A stretch of DNA of 64,000 bases, taken from contig JASGHG010000001.1 in the NCBI GenBank assembly GCA_047602425.1, forward strand, positions 2,240,001-2,304,000, read 5' to 3'. The translations under genes were made by a program, and so were the position numbers. Of this stretch, positions 37,311 to 47,498 are shown piece by piece; within the stretch, counting starts at the first letter, position 1, and every line of letters starts with the position of its first letter. Origin of the DNA: Nibricoccus sp. GTDB lineage: Bacteria > Verrucomicrobiota > Verrucomicrobiia > Opitutales > Opitutaceae. Under the pieces are notes generated by a model, which worked only from the letters and a program-made list of their open reading frames with translations, did no database searches and was not told the origin of the DNA.

Positions 37311-37450
37311 TCTGCAACCCAGAGTAACCTATTAGGTTACTCTGGCTGGGTCATCCTCTCGGTTTCTTTCCTACTTACCTGGGTAACGGAGCCTTTTGCC
37401 GTGGAAACCTCGCGGGAAGAGTAACCTAATAGGTTACTCTGGGTTGCGGA
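37311..37450. repeat. 140-bp REPIN-like element with about 33-bp terminal inverted repeats containing GTAACC-TAWTA-GGTTAC
   Basis: TCTGCAACCCAGAGTAACCTATTAGGTTACTCT ... AGAGTAACCTAATAGGTTACTCTGGGTTGCGGA between convergent genes. Confidence 0.88.
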
Positions 37451-37500
37451 CGGCGGATCCTAGGAGCAACGGCGAGATGCGCCGGAGGAGGCGAATCAGT

Positions 37501-38262
37501 TTACAGGCCCAGGCGTTGGCGGAAGAGGCGGGATTGGCGGCGGGACATTTCCACGATTTTGTTGCCGGGCAATTTCACGCGGAGCGAGCCGCTAAACCAA
37601 GGTTCCACCGACTCGATGCAGCGGAGATTGATGATTTGTGAACGACTGGCGCGGAAAAAGATGTCGGCGGGCAGACGGTTTTCGAGCTGGGCCAAGGTCC
37701 GGTGAATGTAAGGCTCGGTGCCCTCAAGCCAAAGGCGGGCATGATTGCCATCGGCTTCAACGCCGCGGATCGATTCGACGGGCACAAACCAGCAACGGTC
37801 GCCATCGCGCACGAAAACTTTTTCCCCGAGTTTGAGGGGTGTATCGGGCGGTTCGGCTTCGTCGTCGCCGCCATTCGCCGATTCGACTTCAATGGGTGGC
37901 CGGCTGCCGGATTGCGCGCGGCTGGCGCGTTCGAGCGCCTCATTGAGCCGTTCTGGCTCGATGGGTTTCATCAAGTAATCAAGAGCGCCAAATTCGAAAG
38001 CGCGGAGAGCATGTTGATCGAAGGCTGTGGTGAAAATCACGGCAGGTAAGGCTGCACCGAGCGTAGCGAGCAGTTCGAAGCCGTTTTCCTCGGGCATTTG
38101 CACGTCGAGAAAGAGCAACGCCGGTTTCAGCTCGCGGATAAGCTTGCGCGCTTCGTCGGCGTTGGCGGCTTCACCAGCGATTTCAATCTCGGGATGTTTT
38201 TTCAGCAACCGCCGCAGTTCGGAGCGGGCGAGTGGTTCGTCATCGATGAGAAGGGCTTTCAT
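37501..38262 (-). CDS. LytTR-family response regulator
   Basis: IDDEPLAR, FLDVQMP, FTTAFD, DYLMKP, FFRASRSQIINL and MSRRQ. Confidence 0.93.
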   Translation of the reverse strand: MKALLIDDEPLARSELRRLLKKHPEIEIAGEAANADEARKLIRELKPALLFLDVQMPEENGFELLATLGAALPAVIFTTAFDQHALRAFEFGALDYLMKPIEPERLNEALERASRAQSGSRPPIEVESANGGDDEAEPPDTPLKLGEKVFVRDGDRCWFVPVESIRGVEADGNHARLWLEGTEPYIHRTLAQLENRLPADIFFRASRSQIINLRCIESVEPWFSGSLRVKLPGNKIVEMSRRQSRLFRQRLGL

Positions 38263-38281
38263 TGGCGAGAGAATCGGAAGT

Positions 38282-38427
38282 GGTTACACAGAGGGCACGA
38301 GAGGTGACACGGAGGTCGCGGAGAATTTTTTGGAAATCTGGATTCGTTCCTTCGCGACTGACGAATTTCAGGTCAACTTGAAGGGCTCTCGTCTCTCTGT
38401 GACTCCCTTTGTGTGCTGCGTGCAACC
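38282..38427. repeat. CACAGAG-type imperfect inverted-repeat element between the LytS kinase and the LytTR regulator
   Basis: Arms 38282-38323 and 38386-38427; shares ACACAGAGGGCAC with 20957-21064. Confidence 0.7.
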
Positions 38428-38450
38428 ATTCGAGGTAGGGTGTTTCAGGT

Positions 38451-39536
38451 TTATCCGTGGTGGGAGACAGGGTTGGTGTTGAGCGGCAAATTGACCTCGG
38501 CGATCACGCGGTCGTCTTCCTCGGCGAGGTTGAAGAACGCTTTCTCTCCGTAGAGGAGGTGAAGGCGGTCGCGCAGGTTTTTCAGGCCGGTGCCGGTTGA
38601 ATCGGAGGCGGTGGCGATCCGGCCGGGATTGGTGACGCGAAAACGCAGATGTCCATCGTGCGAACTGGCGGAGTAGACGATCTCGCCACCGAGTTTGCGC
38701 GCGGCGGGGCCAAACTTCACGGCATTTTCCACGAGGCCCTGGAGCATGAGCGGTGGGATTTGCGCGGTTTCTAGCCCGGCTTCGATTTGCGAAGAAACGA
38801 CGAGGCGCGGACCGAGGCGCAGTTTTTCAAGTTCGAGGTAGAGACCGACCACGCGGAGCTCCTCGGAAAGCGGCACAAGTCTGCGTTCCGCGCTGGTGAG
38901 CGAATAGCGCATGATGACGGCGAGGTGGGTGACGGCATCGCGGGCGAGCGCGGGGTTTTCGTCGATGAGGGCGCGGAGGGAGTTGAAGCTGTTGAAGAGA
39001 AAATGCGGGTTGATCTGCCCTTTGAGGGCGTGAAGCTGGGCTTCCTTGGCGGCGGCGGTTGTTTCGGCTTTTTCGAGTTCGAGCTGGCGGGCGCGTTGGA
39101 AATAGTGGATGGCGAGCAGGGCGGAAAACCAGAGAACCGTGACGAGCGCGTGCTGCATCATGATGAAGGCGCGCATGGTGGTGACGCCAATGCGGGCAAA
39201 GTCCTCGGCATAGATTTTCTGACAAGGTGGCCAGACAAGGAACGTCACGAGGAAACTCATGACCATCGCAGCGGCGTAGCCCTCGAGCAGAAGGCTTTTC
39301 CAACCGCGATCGAACAGGCGGCGCCAGAGCATCCATTTCCAGATCAGATGAGAAGCGAAGGCGCTGGCGAGGTGGTCAATGGTTTCCCAGATAAGAGCGG
39401 CGGTCAGGTCGATGTCGGGGCGTTTGGCGCAATAAATCGTCGTTACGATCATGCGAAGCACGTAGAAGACGCCCCAGCCGACAAACTGGGAAAAGATATA
39501 GTATTTATATTCGTTTTTAGAGGAAGCGGACGACAC
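38451..39536 (-). CDS. LytS/YehU-family histidine kinase
   Basis: QINPHFLFNSFNS, LELEKLRLG, LVENAVKFG and TGTGLKNLRDRL; N-terminal TM helices. Confidence 0.92.
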   Translation of the reverse strand: MSSASSKNEYKYYIFSQFVGWGVFYVLRMIVTTIYCAKRPDIDLTAALIWETIDHLASAFASHLIWKWMLWRRLFDRGWKSLLLEGYAAAMVMSFLVTFLVWPPCQKIYAEDFARIGVTTMRAFIMMQHALVTVLWFSALLAIHYFQRARQLELEKAETTAAAKEAQLHALKGQINPHFLFNSFNSLRALIDENPALARDAVTHLAVIMRYSLTSAERRLVPLSEELRVVGLYLELEKLRLGPRLVVSSQIEAGLETAQIPPLMLQGLVENAVKFGPAARKLGGEIVYSASSHDGHLRFRVTNPGRIATASDSTGTGLKNLRDRLHLLYGEKAFFNLAEEDDRVIAEVNLPLNTNPVSHHG

Positions 39537-39689
39537 AGCAGGGTAAGTTGGCTCACAGCCTGCATCCTAACGGCGACCAAGACGAGTTTTTCGCGGCCAC
39601 CGGTCATTTTGACGGCCCATCGGTCGAAAGTGCGGCACAGGGCCGGCAGGCGTGGAAAAAACTCCCGCTTTGGACAAACACTGAAAATC

Positions 39690-42245
39690 CTATTGCGAAC
39701 GCGGCGTGAGGAGAGTGCCGACCGTGGCGTTAAATTGCTCGGTATTGAATGGTTTGGGTAGGAGGCGGTCGACCTTGAGTTCCTGGAGGACGCGAAGATT
39801 TTCGTCGGAGACCCGGCCGCTCATGACGACAATGCGGCCCTTGAAAGGCAGTGCGCGCAAACGCTTGATGAGGTCGATGCCGTCCATTTGAGGCATACTG
39901 AGGTCGACGAGCAGGAGATCGTAGGCGTCGTAGTTGTTGGAAAGTTCCTGCCAGGCCTTGAGTCCGTCGTCTTGCGCGGAGACGTTGCAACCACGGCGCT
40001 GGAGCATTCGGGTGGCGGTGCGGGCGATGAGAGGTTCGTCTTCGACGACAAGCACGCGGGCCTGACTGGTTGGAGGAACGGGCGTCGCTGAGTCGGCTTT
40101 TTGCGAGGCGGGCAACGGAGCGCGGGTTTCGCGGCGCGGCAGGTAGATGTGAAAAGCCGAGCCTTCGCCGGGTTTGCTCTCCACCTCGATATCGCCTCCG
40201 GCGTCGGTCACCTGGTGCCAGACCATGGAAAGTCCGAGGCCCGTGCCCTTGCCCACTTCCTTAGTGGTGTAGAATGGTTCGAAAATGCGGTCGACGATTT
40301 CGGGCGGTATGCCCATGCCATTGTCTTCGACGGTGAAACGTTGCCAGCCGGTGATGCCATCAAGGCTGGCGGTCGCACGTGGCGAGCGTTGGCGACCGGC
40401 CGGCAGGGCGGTGACGGAGATTCGCAGGCGAGGCTGCCAGCCGGGATCCGAGATTTTCCCGAGTTTTTCGAGGAGGGTATCGCGGGCGTTGAGGACGAGA
40501 TTGAAAACGATCTGGTTGAAATCCGTGGGATTAAAAGCGACGGGCGGCAAGTCGGGCGGCAGGTCATTTTCCCAGCGGATGCGACGGTCGACCATGGTCT
40601 TGAGCAACGCTTCGCAATTGGCGATCGCCTCGGTGAGGCGAACCGAGCGGGCGGGATCGTCTACTTTGCGACCGAAGGCGAGCAATCGTTTGGTGAGATC
40701 CGCGGCGCGCTGGGCGGCTTGGTCGATGATGTTGAGCTCCTCATTGGAGACGGTGACTGGTTGAGGAGCCGCCCGCAGCATGCTTGAGGTGGCGAGGATG
40801 GGAGTGAGGAGATTGTTGAATTCGTGGGCGATGCCGCCGACGAGTTCTCCGAGGGCGCGGAGCCGGCGCGACTTGGCAATTTCCTGATCCATCAAACGCC
40901 GCTTGGTGACATCGGCGGTAAGAATGCAGATGCGGCGGCCTTCCCCGTGGCTGTCGAGCGGCACGGTGGTGGCCTCGAGCAGGCGCTTGGAACGGGGAAG
41001 CTGCACCTCCCAGCGCTCGGGCTTGTCGCTGGTTTTTTGCCGGGCAATGGCCTCCGCCAGAAACGATTGCATTTCCTTGGTGAGGTTTAGCTCGGAGATG
41101 GGCCGGATGGCATCGCCTTTTTTTTCAAGGCTGAACAACAGCGTGGCCTCTTGGTTGAGGGAGATGAGCAACGGATCGCCGACCGCGGGGATTTCCACAA
41201 CGAGCGTGGCCAACGGATGTTTGTCGTAGAGGGCGGCGAGTAAGGAACGTTGTTCGGCCAGTTCGGTCGCCTGGCGCGTGATGCGTTTCGAGAGCGTGCG
41301 CTGGCGGAGGTAGGCCCACAGCGCCACGGAGCAAATCAAGGCCAGCGCAATAGCCACGGCGCTGACGATCTCACCGTAAGTGAAAGGCGCGCGATCGAAA
41401 CGACCGAACCAACGCTCGTAAATTTCCTCGAACTCGCCGGTGCGATGGAGCACCGCAATCCCCTCGTTGACGCGCGCGAGGAGCTGCGCGTCGCCTTTCC
41501 GGACCGCGGTGCAATACCGGACATCGTAGCCGCGTATGCCGTCGATGATCGTGAGATTTTTCAGATGAAAGCGTTTGATCAACGTGACCGCCGTCAGTCG
41601 CGACATGATGAGGGCGTCATATTTACCTTGGGACAGCGCGCGCAATTGCTCCTCGGTAGTCGGCGCGTATTCACGGATGACGTCGGGGTGTTGCTCGGTT
41701 ATGTAGAGTTCTCCCACCGTGCCTTTTTGACCGACAGCGACATGCTTGCCGCGCAAATCGGCCGGAGTTTTGACGGAGCCGTCCTTTCGAATGACGACTA
41801 CCGTTTCGAAGCGCAGGATCGGCACGGAAAAATCCATCGTATTGCGCCGCAGCCGGGTCTCACTCCAGAGCGGGATCAAGTCGACGCGGCCGGACAGAAG
41901 CGCATCGTTGAGCTCGACGTTGACGACGCCCTGCGCGCGAATGTTCAGCTTCATCTCGCGAGCGACTGCCGCCATTAGGTCGACGGCGAACCCCTTTAAA
42001 ACGCCATCGCGATCGCGAAAAGAGTACGGGTAAAAGGCCTCTTGCGAACCACTGATAACCGGTAAATTCAGATCGCGCTCCGGGACGGCCGGTGCGGGTT
42101 CGACCGCGCGGGCGGGCGGACACGTTGCAAAAACCGCAGAAACCACAAGCCAGGCCCAAAGACCGGCTGCGCGATACCCGCTCGATCCGCAACGAGGCCG
42201 GGCACAGCGATGGCCTGTAGGCAGGCGTGGGGTGTCGGGCATCAT
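39690..42245 (-). CDS. Hybrid sensor kinase with a periplasmic family-3 solute-binding domain and receiver
   Basis: SBP (YPYSF..GFAVDL, GEFEEIYERWF), GIAHEFNNLL, FEPFYTTKEVGKGTGLGL and receiver VLVVEDE. Confidence 0.9.
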   Translation of the reverse strand: MMPDTPRLPTGHRCARPRCGSSGYRAAGLWAWLVVSAVFATCPPARAVEPAPAVPERDLNLPVISGSQEAFYPYSFRDRDGVLKGFAVDLMAAVAREMKLNIRAQGVVNVELNDALLSGRVDLIPLWSETRLRRNTMDFSVPILRFETVVVIRKDGSVKTPADLRGKHVAVGQKGTVGELYITEQHPDVIREYAPTTEEQLRALSQGKYDALIMSRLTAVTLIKRFHLKNLTIIDGIRGYDVRYCTAVRKGDAQLLARVNEGIAVLHRTGEFEEIYERWFGRFDRAPFTYGEIVSAVAIALALICSVALWAYLRQRTLSKRITRQATELAEQRSLLAALYDKHPLATLVVEIPAVGDPLLISLNQEATLLFSLEKKGDAIRPISELNLTKEMQSFLAEAIARQKTSDKPERWEVQLPRSKRLLEATTVPLDSHGEGRRICILTADVTKRRLMDQEIAKSRRLRALGELVGGIAHEFNNLLTPILATSSMLRAAPQPVTVSNEELNIIDQAAQRAADLTKRLLAFGRKVDDPARSVRLTEAIANCEALLKTMVDRRIRWENDLPPDLPPVAFNPTDFNQIVFNLVLNARDTLLEKLGKISDPGWQPRLRISVTALPAGRQRSPRATASLDGITGWQRFTVEDNGMGIPPEIVDRIFEPFYTTKEVGKGTGLGLSMVWHQVTDAGGDIEVESKPGEGSAFHIYLPRRETRAPLPASQKADSATPVPPTSQARVLVVEDEPLIARTATRMLQRRGCNVSAQDDGLKAWQELSNNYDAYDLLLVDLSMPQMDGIDLIKRLRALPFKGRIVVMSGRVSDENLRVLQELKVDRLLPKPFNTEQFNATVGTLLTPRSQ

Positions 42246-42391
42246 GTTTATCCGCTCTGGCGGGCCAGTGAGGTTTGCGGATCTTCGCGTAAAACCGCTT
42301 TCAAGCCAGCCGAAAAAGACGGAGTAAACTCCCCAGTTGACGACACGGGCTTCGCCTTGCGTTTGACGCTTTTCCGTGGCGAAAATGCCCC

Positions 42392-43573
42392 ATGATCTAT
42401 CGCCGTTTCGGACGCACCGGTTTGAACATGCCCGTTTTTACCTGCGGTGGAATGCGTTATCAGCACAAATGGCAGGATGTGCCGCCCGGGGAAATTCCGC
42501 TCGATGGACAAGCCAACGTTGAGGCCTGCATCGAGCGCGCGCTTTCGCTGGGCATCAATCATATCGAGACTGCACGCGGTTACGGCACGTCGGAGATGCA
42601 GCTTGGGCGAATCCTCCCGCGGCTTCCGCGCGATAAAATCCTCGTGCAGACCAAGGTCTCGCCCGCGGCGACAGCGGCGGAATTTCGTGCGAACTTCGAA
42701 AAGTCCATGGCTTACCTCGGATTGGATCACGTGGACCTGTTTTCCATGCACGGCATTAACAACCGCCAGCTGCTCGAATGGACCCTCAGGCCGGGCGGTT
42801 GTTTGGCCGAAGCGCGGAAACTTCAGAAAGAAGGCCGCGTGCGTTTTATTGGATTTTCGACCCACGCCACGACCGACATCATTCTTGAGGCGGTCGAAAC
42901 CGGGGAGTTCGATTACGTGAATCTGCACTGGTATTTCGTGAACGAGCTCAACTGGCCGGCGGTTGCGGCGGCGAAACGGCACGACATGGGTGTGTTTATC
43001 ATCAGCCCCAACGACAAAGGCGGAAAACTCCAGGACCGCCCGCCCGTGATGGCCGGACTGACGACGCCTTTCACGCCGATGCAGTTCAACGACCTGTTTT
43101 GTTTCGCGCGACCGGAGATCCACACGCTTAGTCTCGGCGTTTCGCGGCCGACGGACTTCGACGAACACGTTGCCATCCTCCCGCAGATCGAGAACGCCGC
43201 GAAACTGGTCGCTCCGATTGAGGCCAAACTACGCGCGCGGATGGTCGAGGTGCACGGAGCCGATTGGTGCGCACGCTGGCCGGAAGGGCTGCCGCACTAC
43301 GTCGATGTGCCCGGTGAGATCAATGTCGCCGAAATCATGCGGCTTTGGACCTACGGACAAGGCTTGGACCTCGTGCCTTGGGCGAAAATGCGTTATAACC
43401 TCCTGGGTCAGGCAGACCACTGGTTCCCCGGCAAAAACTCGGCGAAGTTCGATGCCGCAAAGCTCGCACCCTGCCTGAAACACAGCCCCTTTGCCGAACG
43501 CATTCCCGACCTGCTGCGCCAAGCGCACGCCAACTATTTCGAAGCCCCAAAAAAACGCCTCAGCCAAAGTTAA
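42392..43573 (+). CDS. Aldo/keto reductase family protein
   Basis: YRRFGRTGL, GINHIETARGYGTSE, VQTKV and IGFSTH. Confidence 0.9.
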   Translation: MIYRRFGRTGLNMPVFTCGGMRYQHKWQDVPPGEIPLDGQANVEACIERALSLGINHIETARGYGTSEMQLGRILPRLPRDKILVQTKVSPAATAAEFRANFEKSMAYLGLDHVDLFSMHGINNRQLLEWTLRPGGCLAEARKLQKEGRVRFIGFSTHATTDIILEAVETGEFDYVNLHWYFVNELNWPAVAAAKRHDMGVFIISPNDKGGKLQDRPPVMAGLTTPFTPMQFNDLFCFARPEIHTLSLGVSRPTDFDEHVAILPQIENAAKLVAPIEAKLRARMVEVHGADWCARWPEGLPHYVDVPGEINVAEIMRLWTYGQGLDLVPWAKMRYNLLGQADHWFPGKNSAKFDAAKLAPCLKHSPFAERIPDLLRQAHANYFEAPKKRLSQS

Positions 43574-43701
43574 CCGTTCGGGCGCGAATGACAAAACGGC
43601 AGTCTGGGAAGCCTCACCCCAAAACGGTGGTCACTTAACGAAGAGCTGCATTTCTGCCCAAATACTGAGGGGACGCAATTTGCCCGGATTTTCTTACACC
43701 G

Positions 43702-43719
43702 CGTCGGAAAATTTTACGG
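43702..43719 (+). promoter_or_regulatory. Putative enhancer (PEP-CTERM-box-like)
   Basis: CGTCGGAAAATTTTACGG, matching 8982-8999 (minus strand). Confidence 0.6.
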
Positions 43720-43807
43720 AAAAACGCGCCGTGTGGCCGCATTGGCTTTTGGCCTTTAGCAATCTTACATTCGTTCTATAAAAGGGTTAGGTGAACGCAT
43801 TCGCCTT

Positions 43808-43824
43808 AAGGCACATAATATGCT
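43808..43824 (+). promoter_or_regulatory. Putative sigma54 (-24/-12) promoter
   Basis: AAGGCACATAATATGCT, i.e. GGCAC-N7-GC (GG-N10-GC). Confidence 0.62.
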
Positions 43825-43842
43825 AATACAAGGTATTGGCGT

Positions 43843-44466
43843 ATGAGTGCTTTCTTCAAATTATCCTTTATTACCTTAATTTTGGCGCTGGGGACTGGAC
43901 TTCGCGCCAACAGTTACTGGGGGACCATAACCCAGACCGTCACGCATTCGGACAGCAGTTACTACCAAGTCGGCATGGTCGTGCAAGGGTGGTACTGTTA
44001 TGAGGCCGATAGTGCCGACGGCATATTTACCGGCCGCGATTCACGCTGGGAGCTGCCCGGCCAACCCATGACTTTAAAGGGCGAGGTGTGCGGCTTTTTT
44101 GGCCTTTTCGATTTGCTCGGTACGCTGACCGTCGGCGACTCATTCGGTTATCTGCATTACACGTCGCTTACGGTGGAGGATGGCGAAGTGGCGGCCTTCA
44201 ACATGGACGGAGAGAGCGGCGGCTCGGACTACCGGTTTTATTTCGATCATTTCAAATGTACCGAACTTATGAACGGACGCACAGTCGAGGGGCTGCTTTC
44301 GTTTGGCGCGCCGACGCTCAAAAGCGCGGAAAACGTTCCGGACGGCGGCAACACCTTGTTTGGCGTTTGTGCCGGGTTCGTTGTTTTGGGAATTTTCGCC
44401 CGCTGGCGTTCTCAAAAGCTCGCAGTGAGTGAGAGAGCGTACGTGCGAGTTCGCCAGTCGCCGTAA
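43843..44466 (+). CDS. VPDSG-CTERM-type (VPDGG) surface protein
   Basis: Signal peptide and VPDGGNTLFGVCAGFVVLGIFARWR sorting signal. Confidence 0.8.
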   Translation: MSAFFKLSFITLILALGTGLRANSYWGTITQTVTHSDSSYYQVGMVVQGWYCYEADSADGIFTGRDSRWELPGQPMTLKGEVCGFFGLFDLLGTLTVGDSFGYLHYTSLTVEDGEVAAFNMDGESGGSDYRFYFDHFKCTELMNGRTVEGLLSFGAPTLKSAENVPDGGNTLFGVCAGFVVLGIFARWRSQKLAVSERAYVRVRQSP

Positions 44467-47400
44467 CATTGATATCCGGCGCCCGAAGGGTCGTTGGCAT
44501 AGTACGGGAACGCGGCATCGAAGACGTTGTTCACGCGCAACTGGGCGCGTAGACCTTGTTTTTTGCCCATCCAAGGAAGCCAGCGGCTGAGTTCACATTG
44601 CGTATAAATGTCGAACTGCCAGAAAGAGGCAACGCGGCTGCCGCCTTGTGCGGCGCGTTCGCTGAGCGGCAACGGACGTGAACCGTAGTAACGGCCGTCC
44701 AGGCCAAACCCGATGGTGTTGTTGGACCAATCGGCGCCAATGCTTGCGCGGTGGGCAAGAAGGCCGCCGGCGGTGCCGTCGGGTTCGCTGAGCTGATCGA
44801 CCGCTGGACTCAAGGGCAGCACTTTGCGATCGTAGCGTTCATAACCAATCCAGCGGCTATAAAGCTCCAGCGTGCCTTTGAGGCAATCGGTCCAAGTGTA
44901 ATCGAGGGTGAGATTCCAGTTGGCCGATTGGCGACTGGCGACGTTGATGACGCCGGTGGTGATATTCGCGACCCGGCCGGCAGTGTGAGTGTCGCCGGGT
45001 GCGAGCGGTGCGCGGATCACGCGAGAAGGCCAGACAGTTTCAAGATCGACCGCGGTTTGGGCGGAAAGGTAAATGATCTCGAGGGCTTTTTTTGTCATCA
45101 CGTAGTCGAGCGTGGTGCGAACGCGGTGGACTTGGCCAATTTCATGGACGAGGCCCACGGTGCGCGTGACGGCGGACTCGGGTTTGAGCCCACGGTTGGG
45201 AGCATCACGCGAGGTGATGGAGTAAGTCTCGTCCCGGAGCGGATCGTAGATCGTGGGATATTCGATCGGGCCGGCGCCGGGCGTGGCATCGTCGCCGAGG
45301 GTGTTGCGTACGCCCATCGCAGGCGTGGGGAACCGGTTCGCGGTGGCCACGCTGCCGCGCAAGGCGAAGCCGTGAAGGAAATTAATTTTCAGGGCGACAG
45401 CGGGGGCGAGATTGGATTCTGCGCCTGAGCTGGCTGCCACATAACGCGCGCCGAAGTCTGTATCGATGCTGCGGATACCGCGGGGCAGCCAGCGGGCCGG
45501 CAGGAGCGGTGCCTGTAATTCCCCGAAGGCGCTGTAACGGGTGATGCCGCGGCTCAACCACACGATTGGGTTCTCGGCGAAAGAGCCGTCGGAGTAGACG
45601 GCCGTGTCGGTGTGCGAGGACAGGTGATTGTTGCGGTAGTCGACGCCAAGGGCGAGCGTTGCGCCCCCGGTGGGAAGAGTGAGTGCCTGATTGGTGAGGC
45701 GCAATGCGGCGTCGTAGGTTTGATAGTCGCTCAGCGTGACGAACCGATTGCGACCGCCACGATAAATCAGGGCTTCATCGTAGAACGCAGCTGGTGGATT
45801 GAAAACCTGGGTGTCGCGAAGCGGGTTGTAGACGCCTCGGTCAACCAGCGACTGCCAGCGGGCGCTATCGATGCCGGCGAGTCCGCGAAATTCAGTGGTG
45901 CTATTCGTGGCTTGAAGGTCGATCGAAAGACGCCATTCGGCGGGGAGGCGCACGAGCGCAGCAAGGACAAGCGCGTTGAAATCGATGTGGGCTTCGCTGT
46001 AATTTTCGCCAAGCGCGGGCGTGAATTCGTTGAGGGAAACGAGTACGTTTTGACCGAAGGGATTCAGCGGATTGGCGGCGCCGAGGGTGAGGTCGCCCGA
46101 AAAAGCATCAAAGCCGCGATTGATCACCGAACGGGAAAGCATGACGTCGGCACCAAGCTGAAGGTTCGGCAATACATCGTACGTGGCGGCTGCGAGCGCA
46201 GCACTGCGCCGTTCGCGACGGCCGAAGGGATAGTGCAGTGCGCCGGGCAAGGCAACGAGGCCGGTATCAGCGGGGGCGAAAAGTTCGGTCGTGCGCAAGC
46301 CTTGGCGTCCGGCAAATGCGGGAAGGCCACCCGAGCCACTGGCGCCGGGCGCGACGGATGTCACGGTGGAGGTGCCGGGGCCAAAAAGCGGTGCGCTGGA
46401 AGCGCTGCGAACGTTGGGCGTGGCGCCGTAAAGCGGGATGTTGGCGGAAGCAGCCGCAACGTCAGATATGCGGAAGTACCCGAGATCGGCCTTCGTCGGC
46501 GGGGTGGAACGCGCGAAGTTGGCGTTGAGGCGCAGGCGAAGTTTTCCATTGAGCAAAACACGGCCGTGTTGAAGCGAGACGGAGGACTGTGGCGCACTGA
46601 AACGATGCAGGGCATCTGTGTAGGTAGTCGTGAGTTCGGTCGTGTCGAGATCGGGGCGAAGGACGATGTTGACGACGCCGCCGATGGCGTTGCCGCTGTA
46701 AAGCGCGGAAGCGGAAATTGGAAGAACTTCGACCTGTTGAACGAGACTGAGCGGAATGAAATTCAAATCGGCCGCACCGAGATCGGCGGAACCGGGCGCG
46801 GGTGGCGACTCGGGCAACCGGCGACCGTTGAGAAGAATGATGGTGGCATCGGTGCCGAAACCGCGGAGATTGAGATTGGCGCTGCCGGTGGAGAACACGT
46901 CCTGCAAGCCGCTTTGCTCCGGAGGGCGCGTGGCGGCATCGGAGTCGAGGAGTTCGCGTTGGAGAAAAGCATTGAGGTTGATCACTCCGCTGCGTTCGAC
47001 CTGTTCGCGGTTGTAAATGCGGTAGGGGAGCGCGCCATCCTGTGTGCGCGGAAGATCGATATTCCCGCCGGCGATGCGCGGGATGAGTAGGGCTTCGCCA
47101 CGGGCGACGGCACCGAGCCGGCGGCTTCTTTCTTCGACAACGTAGGTGTCCAAACGCGTGATTTCGTCCGCGGGCTGGAGCGTTTGAGTTTCAACTTCGA
47201 GTGTGCGTCCGGCTACGACCACGAGGCCCGCCATGCGCAAGGGCCGAAACCCATTACCGGTGGCAACAAGTTCGTGAAGGCCCGGCTTAACATCTGAAAA
47301 GAAATAAGTCCCCTGGCCATCGGTCTCTGTGGCGATCCGCACATCCGCCAACATCACGCTGACGCCGACGGCTGGAGCGCCATCGGAGGCGAGCAAATGG

Positions 47401-47498
47401 CCTTTGATGCTGCCGCTGTTTGCCTCCGATTTGGCCGACGCGATGGCCGTTGCCAAAAAGGCAAAGGGCAGGATGAACAGGACGATGAAACGTGGCAT
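44412..47498 (-). CDS. TonB-dependent receptor with an N-terminal carboxypeptidase-regulatory-like domain
   Basis: Signal peptide, plug (NLRGFGTDATIILLNGRR, VEVLPISASALY), LKPES, VNNVFD and C-terminal Phe. Confidence 0.9.
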   Translation of the reverse strand: MPRFIVLFILPFAFLATAIASAKSEANSGSIKGHLLASDGAPAVGVSVMLADVRIATETDGQGTYFFSDVKPGLHELVATGNGFRPLRMAGLVVVAGRTLEVETQTLQPADEITRLDTYVVEERSRRLGAVARGEALLIPRIAGGNIDLPRTQDGALPYRIYNREQVERSGVINLNAFLQRELLDSDAATRPPEQSGLQDVFSTGSANLNLRGFGTDATIILLNGRRLPESPPAPGSADLGAADLNFIPLSLVQQVEVLPISASALYSGNAIGGVVNIVLRPDLDTTELTTTYTDALHRFSAPQSSVSLQHGRVLLNGKLRLRLNANFARSTPPTKADLGYFRISDVAAASANIPLYGATPNVRSASSAPLFGPGTSTVTSVAPGASGSGGLPAFAGRQGLRTTELFAPADTGLVALPGALHYPFGRRERRSAALAAATYDVLPNLQLGADVMLSRSVINRGFDAFSGDLTLGAANPLNPFGQNVLVSLNEFTPALGENYSEAHIDFNALVLAALVRLPAEWRLSIDLQATNSTTEFRGLAGIDSARWQSLVDRGVYNPLRDTQVFNPPAAFYDEALIYRGGRNRFVTLSDYQTYDAALRLTNQALTLPTGGATLALGVDYRNNHLSSHTDTAVYSDGSFAENPIVWLSRGITRYSAFGELQAPLLPARWLPRGIRSIDTDFGARYVAASSGAESNLAPAVALKINFLHGFALRGSVATANRFPTPAMGVRNTLGDDATPGAGPIEYPTIYDPLRDETYSITSRDAPNRGLKPESAVTRTVGLVHEIGQVHRVRTTLDYVMTKKALEIIYLSAQTAVDLETVWPSRVIRAPLAPGDTHTAGRVANITTGVINVASRQSANWNLTLDYTWTDCLKGTLELYSRWIGYERYDRKVLPLSPAVDQLSEPDGTAGGLLAHRASIGADWSNNTIGFGLDGRYYGSRPLPLSERAAQGGSRVASFWQFDIYTQCELSRWLPWMGKKQGLRAQLRVNNVFDAAFPYYANDPSGAGYQCYGDWRTRTYALSLTASF

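Noticed and set aside
43666..43692. Fourth ECF promoter (TGAGGG at 43666)
   Set aside because: No YGTA at 17-nt spacing.
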